Source: Arthrobacter sp. H14-L1 | GTDB taxonomy: Bacteria; Actinomycetota; Actinomycetes; Actinomycetales; Micrococcaceae | Direction: 5' to 3' | DNA: 32,000 nucleotides | NCBI RefSeq assembly: GCF_026627425.1 | Contig: NZ_JAPNLH010000026.1 | Location: 5,378-37,377, forward strand | Shown here: positions 18,997 to 26,793 of the stretch, one piece after another | Layout: every line of letters begins with the position of its first letter | Position numbering within the stretch: the stretch's first letter is position 1 | The notes under the pieces: generated by a model | Told to the model about the DNA's origin: nothing | Database searches by the model: none | The model's input: the letters and a program-made list of their open reading frames with translations, nothing else | Translations under genes and position numbers: made by a program

Positions 18997-19794
18997 GCTG
19001 TTGATCGGGGCCGACGGCGGCAGCTGGCTGTTGCCGGACGGAAGGGTTTCCGCGGAGCCGTACCGCGGGACAACGGTGCGGCGCAGGGTCCCGTTGCCTT
19101 CCTGGTATTCCAGGGTGCTGACGCCGACGCCGTAAAGGTCGCTTAGCTGAACGGCGGTCAATAATTCTGCGGCACTCCCGGCCAGCACGCCGTCCCGGCG
19201 CATCAGGACCACGGAATCGGCCAGGTACAGCGCATGGTCCGGCTCGTGGGTGCTGAGCAAAAGGGCCATCCCGTCCGCCTTCAGATCCCGCAGCAGGGTC
19301 AGCACACGTACCTGGTTCTTTAGGTCCAGTCCGGTGGATGGTTCATCTAAGACAAGCAGGGGGCAGTCGGTGGCGACGGCGCGGGCAATGAGGACCAGCT
19401 GCTGTTCGCCTCCGCTGAGGGTGGGAAACAACCGGTCCGCCAGGTCGGCGATGCCGACCCGCTCCATGGCCTGCAGCGCTGCCGCCCGATCGGCCGCACC
19501 AGGGGAACGAAAAATGCGGACCTGGCGGGCCCTGCCCATGAGTACCATATCGAGCGCACGGTAGGCGAAGGAGCTGCTGTGCGCTTGAGGCACGTAGCCC
19601 ACCGTCTGCTCTCTGGTGATGGCGCCTTCGGTAGGCGCCAGAAGCCCGGCAGCACAGCGCACCAGCGTGGTCTTGCCGCTGCCATTCGGTCCCAGTACCG
19701 CCGTTGCAGTGCCCGACGTCACCCGGAAACTGACATCGCGGAAAATGTGTTCCGCCGCCCGGTAGCCGTAGGCAACGTGGTCCAGCTCAAGCAC
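18952..19794 (-). CDS. ABC transporter ATP-binding protein (FecE/BtuD-type)
   Basis: Walker A GPNGSGKTT, signature LSGGEQQ, Walker B LLVLDEP. The track start (GTG 19848) lies inside the permease gene. I prefer the GTG at 19794 (VLELDHVAYGY...), which overlaps the permease stop by 8 nt. The C-terminal ~50 aa are low-complexity. Confidence 0.85.
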   Translation of the reverse strand: MLELDHVAYGYRAAEHIFRDVSFRVTSGTATAVLGPNGSGKTTLVRCAAGLLAPTEGAITREQTVGYVPQAHSSSFAYRALDMVLMGRARQVRIFRSPGAADRAAALQAMERVGIADLADRLFPTLSGGEQQLVLIARAVATDCPLLVLDEPSTGLDLKNQVRVLTLLRDLKADGMALLLSTHEPDHALYLADSVVLMRRDGVLAGSAAELLTAVQLSDLYGVGVSTLEYQEGNGTLRRTVVPRYGSAETLPSGNSQLPPSAPINSSGPCLPTSGRQTGA

Positions 19795-20863
19795 TGTCCC
19801 AGATCCTGTCCCGGTTATGGCGCAGCAATAAAAAGAAAACCGGCGCACCGATCAGAGCGGTCAGCACACCTAATGGGATCTCCCCGGCCGTAGCTGTGCG
19901 GGCCACGCTATCAACTGCGGTGAGGTAGCACCCGCCCAGCAAAAAGCACACCGGCAGCAGCACCCGGTGGTCCGGTCCCACCCAGATGCGGGCCAGGTGG
20001 GGGATGACCAGTCCCACCCAGCTGATCACTCCGCTGACGGCCACCGCGCCGGCCACGATCAGTGCGACGGCGATCAGGACCACCACACGTAACGAGCGGG
20101 GCCGCAGACCCAACGCTGCGGCATCCTCATCGCCGAGGGACAGCACATTGATCCGCCAGCGCAGGGCCAGCAGCACGCCGGTCCCGGCCAGAATCGGGAT
20201 CACCGCGATCAGGACCTTGGCGTAATTCGCCGTCGCCACACTGCCCAGCAACCAGAAGACGATCGCAGGCAAGGTGGTGAACGGATCGGCACTATACGTG
20301 ATCAGCGCCACTAACGCGGAAAAGAACGATCCCACGACGACGCCGCCGAGAACGATCATGAGCATCGGGGTACCGCCGCGGCCGGAGACGATCAGGAACA
20401 GCAGGCCCAGCGCTGCCAACCCAAAGACAAAGGATCCGCCCACCAGGAGCAGGGAACCCAGGCCAAACAGCAGGGCCATCGCACCGCCAAAGGACGCCCC
20501 TGCCGATACGCCGATGATTTCCGGGCTGACCAGCGGATTACGAAAGATGGCCTGCAGCGCGGCGCCGCCCATGGCAAGACCGCCGCCCACCAGCAGTGCC
20601 AGCAGAACCCGGGGGAGCCGGACCAAGAGGACCACGGTTTCTTCGGAGCTGTTCATGGGCGTGTCCAGCGGCAGGAGCCGGGAGGCGAGGATCTGCACTA
20701 CATGCCAGAACGGGACGTGGTAGCGGCCTACCGTCAGCGCCAGCAGTGCCAGGGCGAGCAGCAGAATAGCCGTGACCGCTACGGGGCCGATTATCCGCGG
20801 GACCGACCGTGTGGCCGGGGCACCGAGTCGCTTGGGCCTCAGCTCCCGGACCTCACGCGCCAC
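19787..20863 (-). CDS. ABC permease, FecCD/BtuC family (metal-chelate type)
   Basis: 358 aa with about 9-10 hydrophobic segments. Family motif GGAALQAIFRNPLVSPEIIGVSAGASFG. The GTG start overlaps the binding-protein stop by 11 nt. Confidence 0.85.
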   Translation of the reverse strand: MAREVRELRPKRLGAPATRSVPRIIGPVAVTAILLLALALLALTVGRYHVPFWHVVQILASRLLPLDTPMNSSEETVVLLVRLPRVLLALLVGGGLAMGGAALQAIFRNPLVSPEIIGVSAGASFGGAMALLFGLGSLLLVGGSFVFGLAALGLLFLIVSGRGGTPMLMIVLGGVVVGSFFSALVALITYSADPFTTLPAIVFWLLGSVATANYAKVLIAVIPILAGTGVLLALRWRINVLSLGDEDAAALGLRPRSLRVVVLIAVALIVAGAVAVSGVISWVGLVIPHLARIWVGPDHRVLLPVCFLLGGCYLTAVDSVARTATAGEIPLGVLTALIGAPVFFLLLRHNRDRIWDSA

Positions 20864-22028
20864 GGAACTGTTCGTAGTCGGCGGATTTGCTGTTCACGCT
20901 CATCCACAATATGGTGTCGATTTCCGCCGAATCGGGTGCCTGCCCATACAGGAAGCGGTAATAGTCCGGGATGGCACCACGCAGGGCGGAGGACTTCTGG
21001 CTTGGGAAGCTGATGTCCGTAAGCCACTGCCACATCAGCGGTGATTCCTGGCCCGGGGGATCCCAGCGGTACCCGCCTAGGGGAACCTTGTAGACCCGCC
21101 GCTCGCGCACCGCCGAAACGTTCTGCCAGACCGGGTCAGAATAGATATCCTGCGGCAGTGCACCGTCGAAATTGCCCAGGAGGACGACCTCGGGATTCCA
21201 GGCCAGGACCTGCTCCACATCCACGCCCACCATGCCGGAACCCTTGACACCGGTACCCGCCGTGGCGGGATTGCTGCCGCCCACCAGCTTGATATAGAAA
21301 TCGTTGTAGCTCCCGTTGGCGGCTACCTTGAGTCCTCCCGTGAAACGGTTGAAATACAGAATGCGCGGTCCGGGGCCTGACCGGCCGGCAGCCAGAGCCC
21401 GGATCTTTGTCAGCTCCAGCTCGCTGCGGGATTTGATCGCGGTGGCCCGCTCCGGTTTGCCCAGCATTTCCGAGAACAGGGTCACCCACGCGTCAACATC
21501 CGACTGCTGTCCGGTGTTGGTCAAACCAAGGACCTTCAGGCCGGCATTCTCCAAGGGTCCGGTGAGTTGCGAATCGCTCCACTGCACCACGACATCCGGA
21601 TTCAGCGCCCGGATGCTTTCCACGTTGGGGGTGAAGTCCGTCGTGGCGATATCGTGCGGGACCGTCAAGGCCTTCGGAAAGAGTTTGCCCATGGTGCCGT
21701 CCCGCATAGCCAGCCACGAGGCATTGTGCATACCGCTCAGATGGTCAGCGCTTTGGTCAACGGCCACCAGCAGGGACGCGGCGGGCATTGGAATGGTCAC
21801 TACCCTGCTAACAGGTCTGTCAAACGTCAGTGTCTTGCCCCGCTGGTCAGTCAATCGAATGGTTTGGGCTAACGCCGAGGTGCTGCTTGGCGCCGGGGTG
21901 CCCTGCGGCGCCGCGGTGCCTTCCGGGGCCGAAGCGCTGTTATCCCCGCACGAGGACAGAAGAACCGCGCCTCCGCCGAGCATCATCATGGACAGAACCG
22001 AACGGCGGCTGATGTCGGGGTTGCGCAC
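20853..22028 (-). CDS. ABC substrate-binding lipoprotein (siderophore/heme/B12-type periplasmic binding protein) with a Tat-like signal
   Basis: GTG start with AGGAGG 7 nt upstream. N-terminus MRNPDISRRSVLSMMMLGGGAVLLSSCGD has a twin-arginine motif (SRRSVL) plus a lipobox (LLSSC). Its position upstream of the FecCD permease and ATPase supports the call. Confidence 0.8.
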   Translation of the reverse strand: MRNPDISRRSVLSMMMLGGGAVLLSSCGDNSASAPEGTAAPQGTPAPSSTSALAQTIRLTDQRGKTLTFDRPVSRVVTIPMPAASLLVAVDQSADHLSGMHNASWLAMRDGTMGKLFPKALTVPHDIATTDFTPNVESIRALNPDVVVQWSDSQLTGPLENAGLKVLGLTNTGQQSDVDAWVTLFSEMLGKPERATAIKSRSELELTKIRALAAGRSGPGPRILYFNRFTGGLKVAANGSYNDFYIKLVGGSNPATAGTGVKGSGMVGVDVEQVLAWNPEVVLLGNFDGALPQDIYSDPVWQNVSAVRERRVYKVPLGGYRWDPPGQESPLMWQWLTDISFPSQKSSALRGAIPDYYRFLYGQAPDSAEIDTILWMSVNSKSADYEQFRGA

Positions 22029-22229
22029 GAGCTGGCCTCCTTACAGGAAAGATCAGCAAAAGTTGCTCTCTTCGATTGCTCACAGCATCCGCCCGAACAG
22101 CGGGGCTGTCAACGGCGGCATGACCACATCTCCGGCACCGTCTCCGTCTCTGGCTCCGGTACTGATCCTTGTCGTCGGCGGCCGCTGGTGCTAGCGTCAA
22201 AATCATCTGTTGTGGAGCGAGGCCAACTC

Positions 22230-23003
22230 ATGGTTATTAACGGTGCCCAGTTGTTTGTCCGTTACGCGTATCCGCCCAATTCCCGGGGTAGTTGCGGACC
22301 TCAAGACAGCGACGCCCTTCTGCACTATGGTCAGTCCGGAGTGACGGACCGAGGGTTGAAGGAGCTGGCAAAAGGATTCGCCGGCGCGTGGCCGTATCTT
22401 GAACTGATCGCCCGGGCCACCAATATCACCGATCCACTGAATTACCGAGTGGTGGAGGCCTACTGGGTCGGGAACCCGCTGCTGGACACCGTCGGTGTGA
22501 GGAACATCGGCAATTCGATGGAGGACCGCTTCCGGGCCCGAACGGGCATGCAGTTCCCGCATTTGGTTGAGGGTGTTCTTGCCGGCGGGGTGCCGCACCA
22601 CAGTTTCCACGTCTTCGAGATCTATCCATGGCTGGGGCTGCTCCACGATGACCGCAGATACCCGACGGCGCTCAACGTGCTGGACCAGTGCCGCATCCGC
22701 TGGGGCGAGGTGTTGGCCGTGACCGGGGATGAGGCGCTGGTGCGCTCGCAGCCGCTGGTCTGGGACGGTGCGGTGCTGAGCCTGGGCCCGGCCATCGTGG
22801 AGACCGCCAAGCATGCCGTTGCGGGGACTGGCTTTGTGGCCAATCTGGCCGTCGGCGATGCGGTCTCGCTGCACTGGGATTGGGTCTGTGACAGGCTCAC
22901 CCCGCTGCAGCTGCAGCGGCTGCAGCACTTCACTGCCCGGCATCTGAAGATCGCCAACACCGGCGTCGAACACCGCGGCACGGCCGTCGCGCTTGAACGT
23001 TAA
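22230..23003 (+). CDS. Conserved hypothetical protein (I recall the N-terminal motif as DUF6390-like; unverified)
   Basis: The track ORF starts at GTG 22188. The ATG at 22230 has GAGG 7 nt upstream and gives MVINGAQLFVRYAYPPNSRGSCGPQDSDALLHYG... No catalytic motif recognised. Convergent on hypC with a 24-nt gap, and divergent from the ABC operon. Confidence 0.6.
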   Translation: MVINGAQLFVRYAYPPNSRGSCGPQDSDALLHYGQSGVTDRGLKELAKGFAGAWPYLELIARATNITDPLNYRVVEAYWVGNPLLDTVGVRNIGNSMEDRFRARTGMQFPHLVEGVLAGGVPHHSFHVFEIYPWLGLLHDDRRYPTALNVLDQCRIRWGEVLAVTGDEALVRSQPLVWDGAVLSLGPAIVETAKHAVAGTGFVANLAVGDAVSLHWDWVCDRLTPLQLQRLQHFTARHLKIANTGVEHRGTAVALER

Positions 23004-23027
23004 CGTCCCATCGTGGAGCGCCCGGTT

Positions 23028-23285
23028 CTAGCCAGCGGTCGCGTCCTCCTCCGGACCGGAACCCAAAAGTTTCAGCCCTCCCATCGCCCGCTCGGCTCCG
23101 GCCGCATCCACCCGCTCCAGCGCGAAGCCCATGTGGATAATTACCCAGCTTCCGGCTTCCAAGGGACCCTCATCCAGCAAGCCGATGTTGATTTTCCGCC
23201 GTACCCCGGCGACGTCTACCAGAGCCAGCTGATCGCCGTAGCCGGCGAGCAGCTCAATCACCCGGCCAGGGATTCCCAGGCACAT
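23028..23285 (-). CDS. hypC: Hydrogenase assembly chaperone HypC/HupF family
   Basis: Canonical N-terminus MCLGIPGRV with the essential Cys2. 85 aa. Last gene of the hydrogenase operon. Confidence 0.92.
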   Translation of the reverse strand: MCLGIPGRVIELLAGYGDQLALVDVAGVRRKINIGLLDEGPLEAGSWVIIHMGFALERVDAAGAERAMGGLKLLGSGPEEDATAG

Positions 23286-23863
23286 GAGCCATTTCTCCTT
23301 ATCGCTGGAAGAGATTCAGTAATTTCCTCGATGAGCTGCCCGATGGCGCTCAGCGCTTCGGGGATGGCGGCCGCCACGGCAGGGGACAGTCCGATTCCCT
23401 CCGACAAGTCTCCGGGCACGCAGCCCACCACAAATGTCAGCGGAACACCGCCGCCCAGCGACGTCAGCCTGCCCAGCACAGCCACCGGGTCCATCCCGTG
23501 CGGGTCCAAGGCCGGTGGGCCGCCGTCGTGATTGCTCTGCAGATCCTCGGAGCGGACCTGCAGCACACGGATGGCTCCGGACATTTCCGCAGCCGGATGG
23601 GAACGCGCGGATCCGTTGCCGCCACCCGTTCGAGGTGCCGGCACGGTATCGACCAGGATCAGGGCATCCACGCGGTCCAGCAGGTCATAGGCCAAATGCA
23701 TTCCACGGATGCCATAGTCCACCGCGTGGACGCCTGGACGGAGCATGGCCGCATCGGTCGCCATCGCGCGCGCGACCTCGGGACCGAACCCGTCGTCGTG
23801 CAGGAACATATTGCCTACTCCGGCCACGAGTATGCTGCGGGGGACAGTCTCGATGCCGCTCAC
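23258..23863 (-). CDS. [NiFe]-hydrogenase maturation endopeptidase (HupD/HyaD/HybD family)
   Basis: Conserved ILVAGVGNMFLHDDGFGPEV...DALILVD...DPHGMDP motifs. The track ORF (from 24235) runs across the upstream gene. I place the start at the GTG at 23863 (VSGIETVPRSILVAGVGN), which makes a GTGA overlap with the small ORF. The ATG at 23998 is the alternative. Confidence 0.8.
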   Translation of the reverse strand: MSGIETVPRSILVAGVGNMFLHDDGFGPEVARAMATDAAMLRPGVHAVDYGIRGMHLAYDLLDRVDALILVDTVPAPRTGGGNGSARSHPAAEMSGAIRVLQVRSEDLQSNHDGGPPALDPHGMDPVAVLGRLTSLGGGVPLTFVVGCVPGDLSEGIGLSPAVAAAIPEALSAIGQLIEEITESLPAIRRNGSCAWESLAG

Positions 23864-23979
23864 ATCCGGCTGATTTTCACGTAGCGGACAATGTCCGGAA
23901 TCGAGCGCACCATCACCGCGATTCCTGTCAGGGCGGTCAGTGCCAGCGTCACGGCGGACAGCTTTCCCAGGGTTTTCAT
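23860..23979 (-). CDS. Small (39 aa) predicted single-pass membrane peptide, absent from the ORF track
   Basis: Hand translation of the minus strand from 23979 gives MKTLGKLSAVTLALTALTGIAVMVRSIPDIVRYVKISRM*. It forms an ATGA overlap with the upstream stop and a GTGA overlap with the protease start. 31 of 39 codons end in G/C. Confidence 0.7.
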   Translation of the reverse strand: MKTLGKLSAVTLALTALTGIAVMVRSIPDIVRYVKISRM

Positions 23980-25460
23980 GTTCGGGTTTCCTTTCCATCA
24001 CCAGTAGCGGGTACCGGGTCGAGAGGCTCCAGCTCATCCGGAGAGAAGTAGAGGTATCGTCCGTACCATTCCTGCAGTTCCGCCGCCGGATCCGCTTCGA
24101 TGACGACGGCGACGTGAGTACTGCCGTCGACGTCGAAATGAACGCCGGTGACGCGCGCGCTCTGGCCGGTTGAGAACAGGTCCTGCGCATCGGCCCGGCG
24201 GTTCGGCATGACCACAACGCGGCTGCCCCTGGCAACGGGCACGCCTTTGATCACCACGGCGTCGGTTTCCGGCTTGACACTGGAATCGGCCGCGGGGTCC
24301 CACCAGGGAGCCTGTTTGAGGGGACTATCACCGAGCACCGGGAAGGCAGGGGTGAGGTCAGCGCCGTCCCGGGGTCCGCCCAGGAGTCCGGCACCCCATT
24401 GAACATCAGGCTCACCTGCTGCCTCCGCATGCGGGTTGCGGAGGATTCCGTGCAGCGCCTGCAATTGGTCATCGCTCATGGCCTCGCAACGGTCGATGAT
24501 CGCCGCAGCCCGCGGGTCCGTGGCCCTCGCCTCGGCCTTTTCATTCTCGGTGAGCGTCAGTACGCGCAGCGTGAGGATCTCATCGATTTCGGTTGAATCG
24601 TAGAGTTCAACCGAGCTTTCCGGCGCCACAGCGGGGTGGTCATAGAGAATGATCGGGGAGATCAGCAGGACGTCGCTTTGCCCCTCAGGCCCGGCAAGGA
24701 CAGGCCAGCCGCGGTGCTGGCTGCAGGCTGCCGCTGCGGCACGTAAGTTCTCCGGCGGGTCCAGCAGCGAGATGAAGTCCGCGTCCTGCACGCTCAGCAA
24801 CAGATGCGTGCCGATGAACGACAGCGCGATTGCTTCCTGCTTTTGAACCGTTCGGCCCGCCGCGGTATTTACCGCACTCACCCGAAGGCGCAGCGGCCCG
24901 GAATGGGATTCGCCGCCGTCGACGGGGTCGTGGAGAGTTCTGGCGCATAGCCTGACCTCTCCCCAGAGGGGCTTCCTTCTGCGCACGAGCCGTCCTGCCA
25001 GCGCCCCGGCCGCATCGTAGAGCAGCTCGGTCTCATCGGCGCCGGGAACCCGGACTGCCGTTATCAATCCACCGGCCAGTTGATCGAGCGCGAACGGGCC
25101 CAAGGTGATCTCCTGTTCGGTCGCCTCGTCCCACGTCAGCCATCGTGCAGCACCGATCTGCAGCGCAGGTACCGGGCTGAAGCTCCCGTCGTCGAACTCT
25201 TCACAGGTCCGGGACTGCAGCTGCAGGAAACGCAGATGCACCTCCAGCCGGGCCTCCGGGCCGGCGAGCAACAGGGTGTCCGCGAACATGGTTGACTCCT
25301 CGCCCGCTCCCGCGGCGGCCGCGCCGGGTGGGCCCAGGATGCCAAACTGCCAGCGTGACTGGTTTTTCTGCGAGGAGGCACGGTAGGGATAGAGGAGGTA
25401 GCCCTCGTAGAGGACCGCATCCGCGATGGCCCTGGCCAGGCTGAGGCTCGGATTCATCAT
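23976..25460 (-). CDS. Hydrogenase-operon protein of unknown function (494 aa)
   Basis: Long ORF with coding-like composition and an ATGA overlap at both ends. N-terminus MMNPSLSLARAIADAVLYEGYLLYPYRASSQKNQSRWQFG. No motif I can assign. Confidence 0.75.
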   Translation of the reverse strand: MMNPSLSLARAIADAVLYEGYLLYPYRASSQKNQSRWQFGILGPPGAAAAGAGEESTMFADTLLLAGPEARLEVHLRFLQLQSRTCEEFDDGSFSPVPALQIGAARWLTWDEATEQEITLGPFALDQLAGGLITAVRVPGADETELLYDAAGALAGRLVRRRKPLWGEVRLCARTLHDPVDGGESHSGPLRLRVSAVNTAAGRTVQKQEAIALSFIGTHLLLSVQDADFISLLDPPENLRAAAAACSQHRGWPVLAGPEGQSDVLLISPIILYDHPAVAPESSVELYDSTEIDEILTLRVLTLTENEKAEARATDPRAAAIIDRCEAMSDDQLQALHGILRNPHAEAAGEPDVQWGAGLLGGPRDGADLTPAFPVLGDSPLKQAPWWDPAADSSVKPETDAVVIKGVPVARGSRVVVMPNRRADAQDLFSTGQSARVTGVHFDVDGSTHVAVVIEADPAAELQEWYGRYLYFSPDELEPLDPVPATGDGKETRT

Positions 25461-26098
25461 TGGACCGGGTCACCGGCCGCCGCCAGCAACTCTTCGACAG
25501 CGGCTTCCCAGGTGGTAAGTCCGAGACTTGCTTTATAGAGCGCCAATGCTTTGATGACATCCCGATCAAGCCGGAGCCAGCCGCTGTTGGGGAAATGCTG
25601 GTTCATTAATTCGGTCCAGGTAGCGACCGGCAGTTGGAAGGACGCCTCGCGGTCCCACGGCACCGGTTCGACGCCGAACCCGGTGGCTCCTTTGGTGAAG
25701 ACGGTTCCGGAGAACAGCAGTTCCACCGGAATGCTCCGCTCGCGAAGCGCGTGCAGGTATTTCGCTGCGGCGACCTCGAAATCGAAGGTACAGGGAAGGG
25801 CGAGATCCACCATGGTCGCATTGCTGAAGCCCTGCACCATGGTGCTGCACTGCATCCAAAGGAAGGGTTTGAGCGTCGAGGGCCAGCGCACGCGGGTGCC
25901 GAAGAGATCCAGTAGACCAGCTTCCTCCTCCGGGGTGTAGCCACGGCGCTGCGGCTGAATCCGCACCTGGCAGCGCAATGCTATCGCGTGGATGGCCGTG
26001 CCCGTCGTTTCGGTGAGGCGCAGCCGGGCAGTCAGCTGTGGGGAGGCTGCGTAGCGTTCGGGAAGAATGTCCTCAATGCTGAAGCCAAGATCGGTCAT
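25457..26098 (-). CDS. Hydrogenase-operon protein of unknown function (213 aa; I recall homologues labelled DUF6084, unverified)
   Basis: ATGA overlaps at both ends. MTDLGFSIEDILPERYAASPQLTARLRLTE... No cofactor motif. Confidence 0.75.
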   Translation of the reverse strand: MTDLGFSIEDILPERYAASPQLTARLRLTETTGTAIHAIALRCQVRIQPQRRGYTPEEEAGLLDLFGTRVRWPSTLKPFLWMQCSTMVQGFSNATMVDLALPCTFDFEVAAAKYLHALRERSIPVELLFSGTVFTKGATGFGVEPVPWDREASFQLPVATWTELMNQHFPNSGWLRLDRDVIKALALYKASLGLTTWEAAVEELLAAAGDPVQ

Positions 26099-26793
26099 AA
26101 CCGGGGCCCGCTTCCGGCCCGGGCCGCTGTAGAGGAGGTTCCGAGGTATGGCCTGCTGCGGTTACTAACCCGCTCAAAGAAGGCCGAGAGCTGGACGCGC
26201 GCGTCCTGGCCGCCGTCGAAGCCCCGCCAGACTTTGCGCAGCTGACCGACCAGTTCGTAACAGGCATCAATCGGCACCAGATGACAATCGGCCTGCAGGC
26301 GCTCCGGCCCAGGAGCCCGGATCAGCAACGCCTCCGTGTCCGGGACGGCAGCGCCAACGGCAGGGTTGCGTGCCAGCACTGGTTCCCACGCACCCAGCGG
26401 CAGCTCCGACTCCGTGGCGCCGGCGGGGCCGGGATAAAACGCCACGGTCCGACCCATGCGGGAATTGGTGAAGAAGAATGCCAGGCCAACGGGTATCTCC
26501 AGTTCGTCCCACACCCCGGTTCCCAACTCAAATCCGGGAAAGGAAAGGTAACGCTCCGGCACGGAACGGTACCGCAGGTGTGCCGTTGCATCGGTAAAGA
26601 GCAAATAGCACGGCCGGCAGGTGCACATCAGGGCGCGGCTCTGAACATCGACCACGTGCTGGTGCTTTTCTGCCAGAGGCTCTGCGCACATCTCACAGCG
26701 CTCGCCGTCGGCGCTGGCGGAACGGCTGACGGCGATGCGCCGGAGCATGGCCACCGGCCCGGCGGCCGGGATGCTGCCTGTTCCGGGGCTCAT
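26095..26793 (-). CDS. Hydrogenase-operon Cys-motif protein of unknown function (232 aa; I recall homologues labelled DUF5947, unverified)
   Basis: The track ORF is trimmed to the ATG at 26793, which forms an ATGA overlap with the upstream stop. It contains CEMC-x20-CTCRPC. Confidence 0.75.
   Translation of the reverse strand: MSPGTGSIPAAGPVAMLRRIAVSRSASADGERCEMCAEPLAEKHQHVVDVQSRALMCTCRPCYLLFTDATAHLRYRSVPERYLSFPGFELGTGVWDELEIPVGLAFFFTNSRMGRTVAFYPGPAGATESELPLGAWEPVLARNPAVGAAVPDTEALLIRAPGPERLQADCHLVPIDACYELVGQLRKVWRGFDGGQDARVQLSAFFERVSNRSRPYLGTSSTAARAGSGPRL

Noticed and set aside
22029-22229. Possible cobalamin riboswitch or metal-regulator box in the 201-nt leader of the BtuF/FecB-like binding-protein gene.
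   Set aside because: I read the minus-strand leader looking for the B12-box (AGYCMGgAgaCCkGCC-like), the GGGAA/GGTG core, and a DtxR/IdeR-type palindrome. None is convincingly present. Only a 5-bp hairpin (AGCAA-aag-TTGCT) and a CGTCTC doublet were seen. A covariance-model scan (Rfam RF00174) would settle it.
23864-23998. ATG at 23998 as the start of the maturation protease, which would give a 45-aa N-terminal extension.
   Set aside because: It would overlap the 494-aa gene by 23 nt. It would encode an Arg/Asp/Gly-rich segment unlike protease N-termini, which normally start about 5-10 aa before the ILVxGxGN motif. It would also occlude the better-supported 39-codon ORF. It is kept as the stated alternative.
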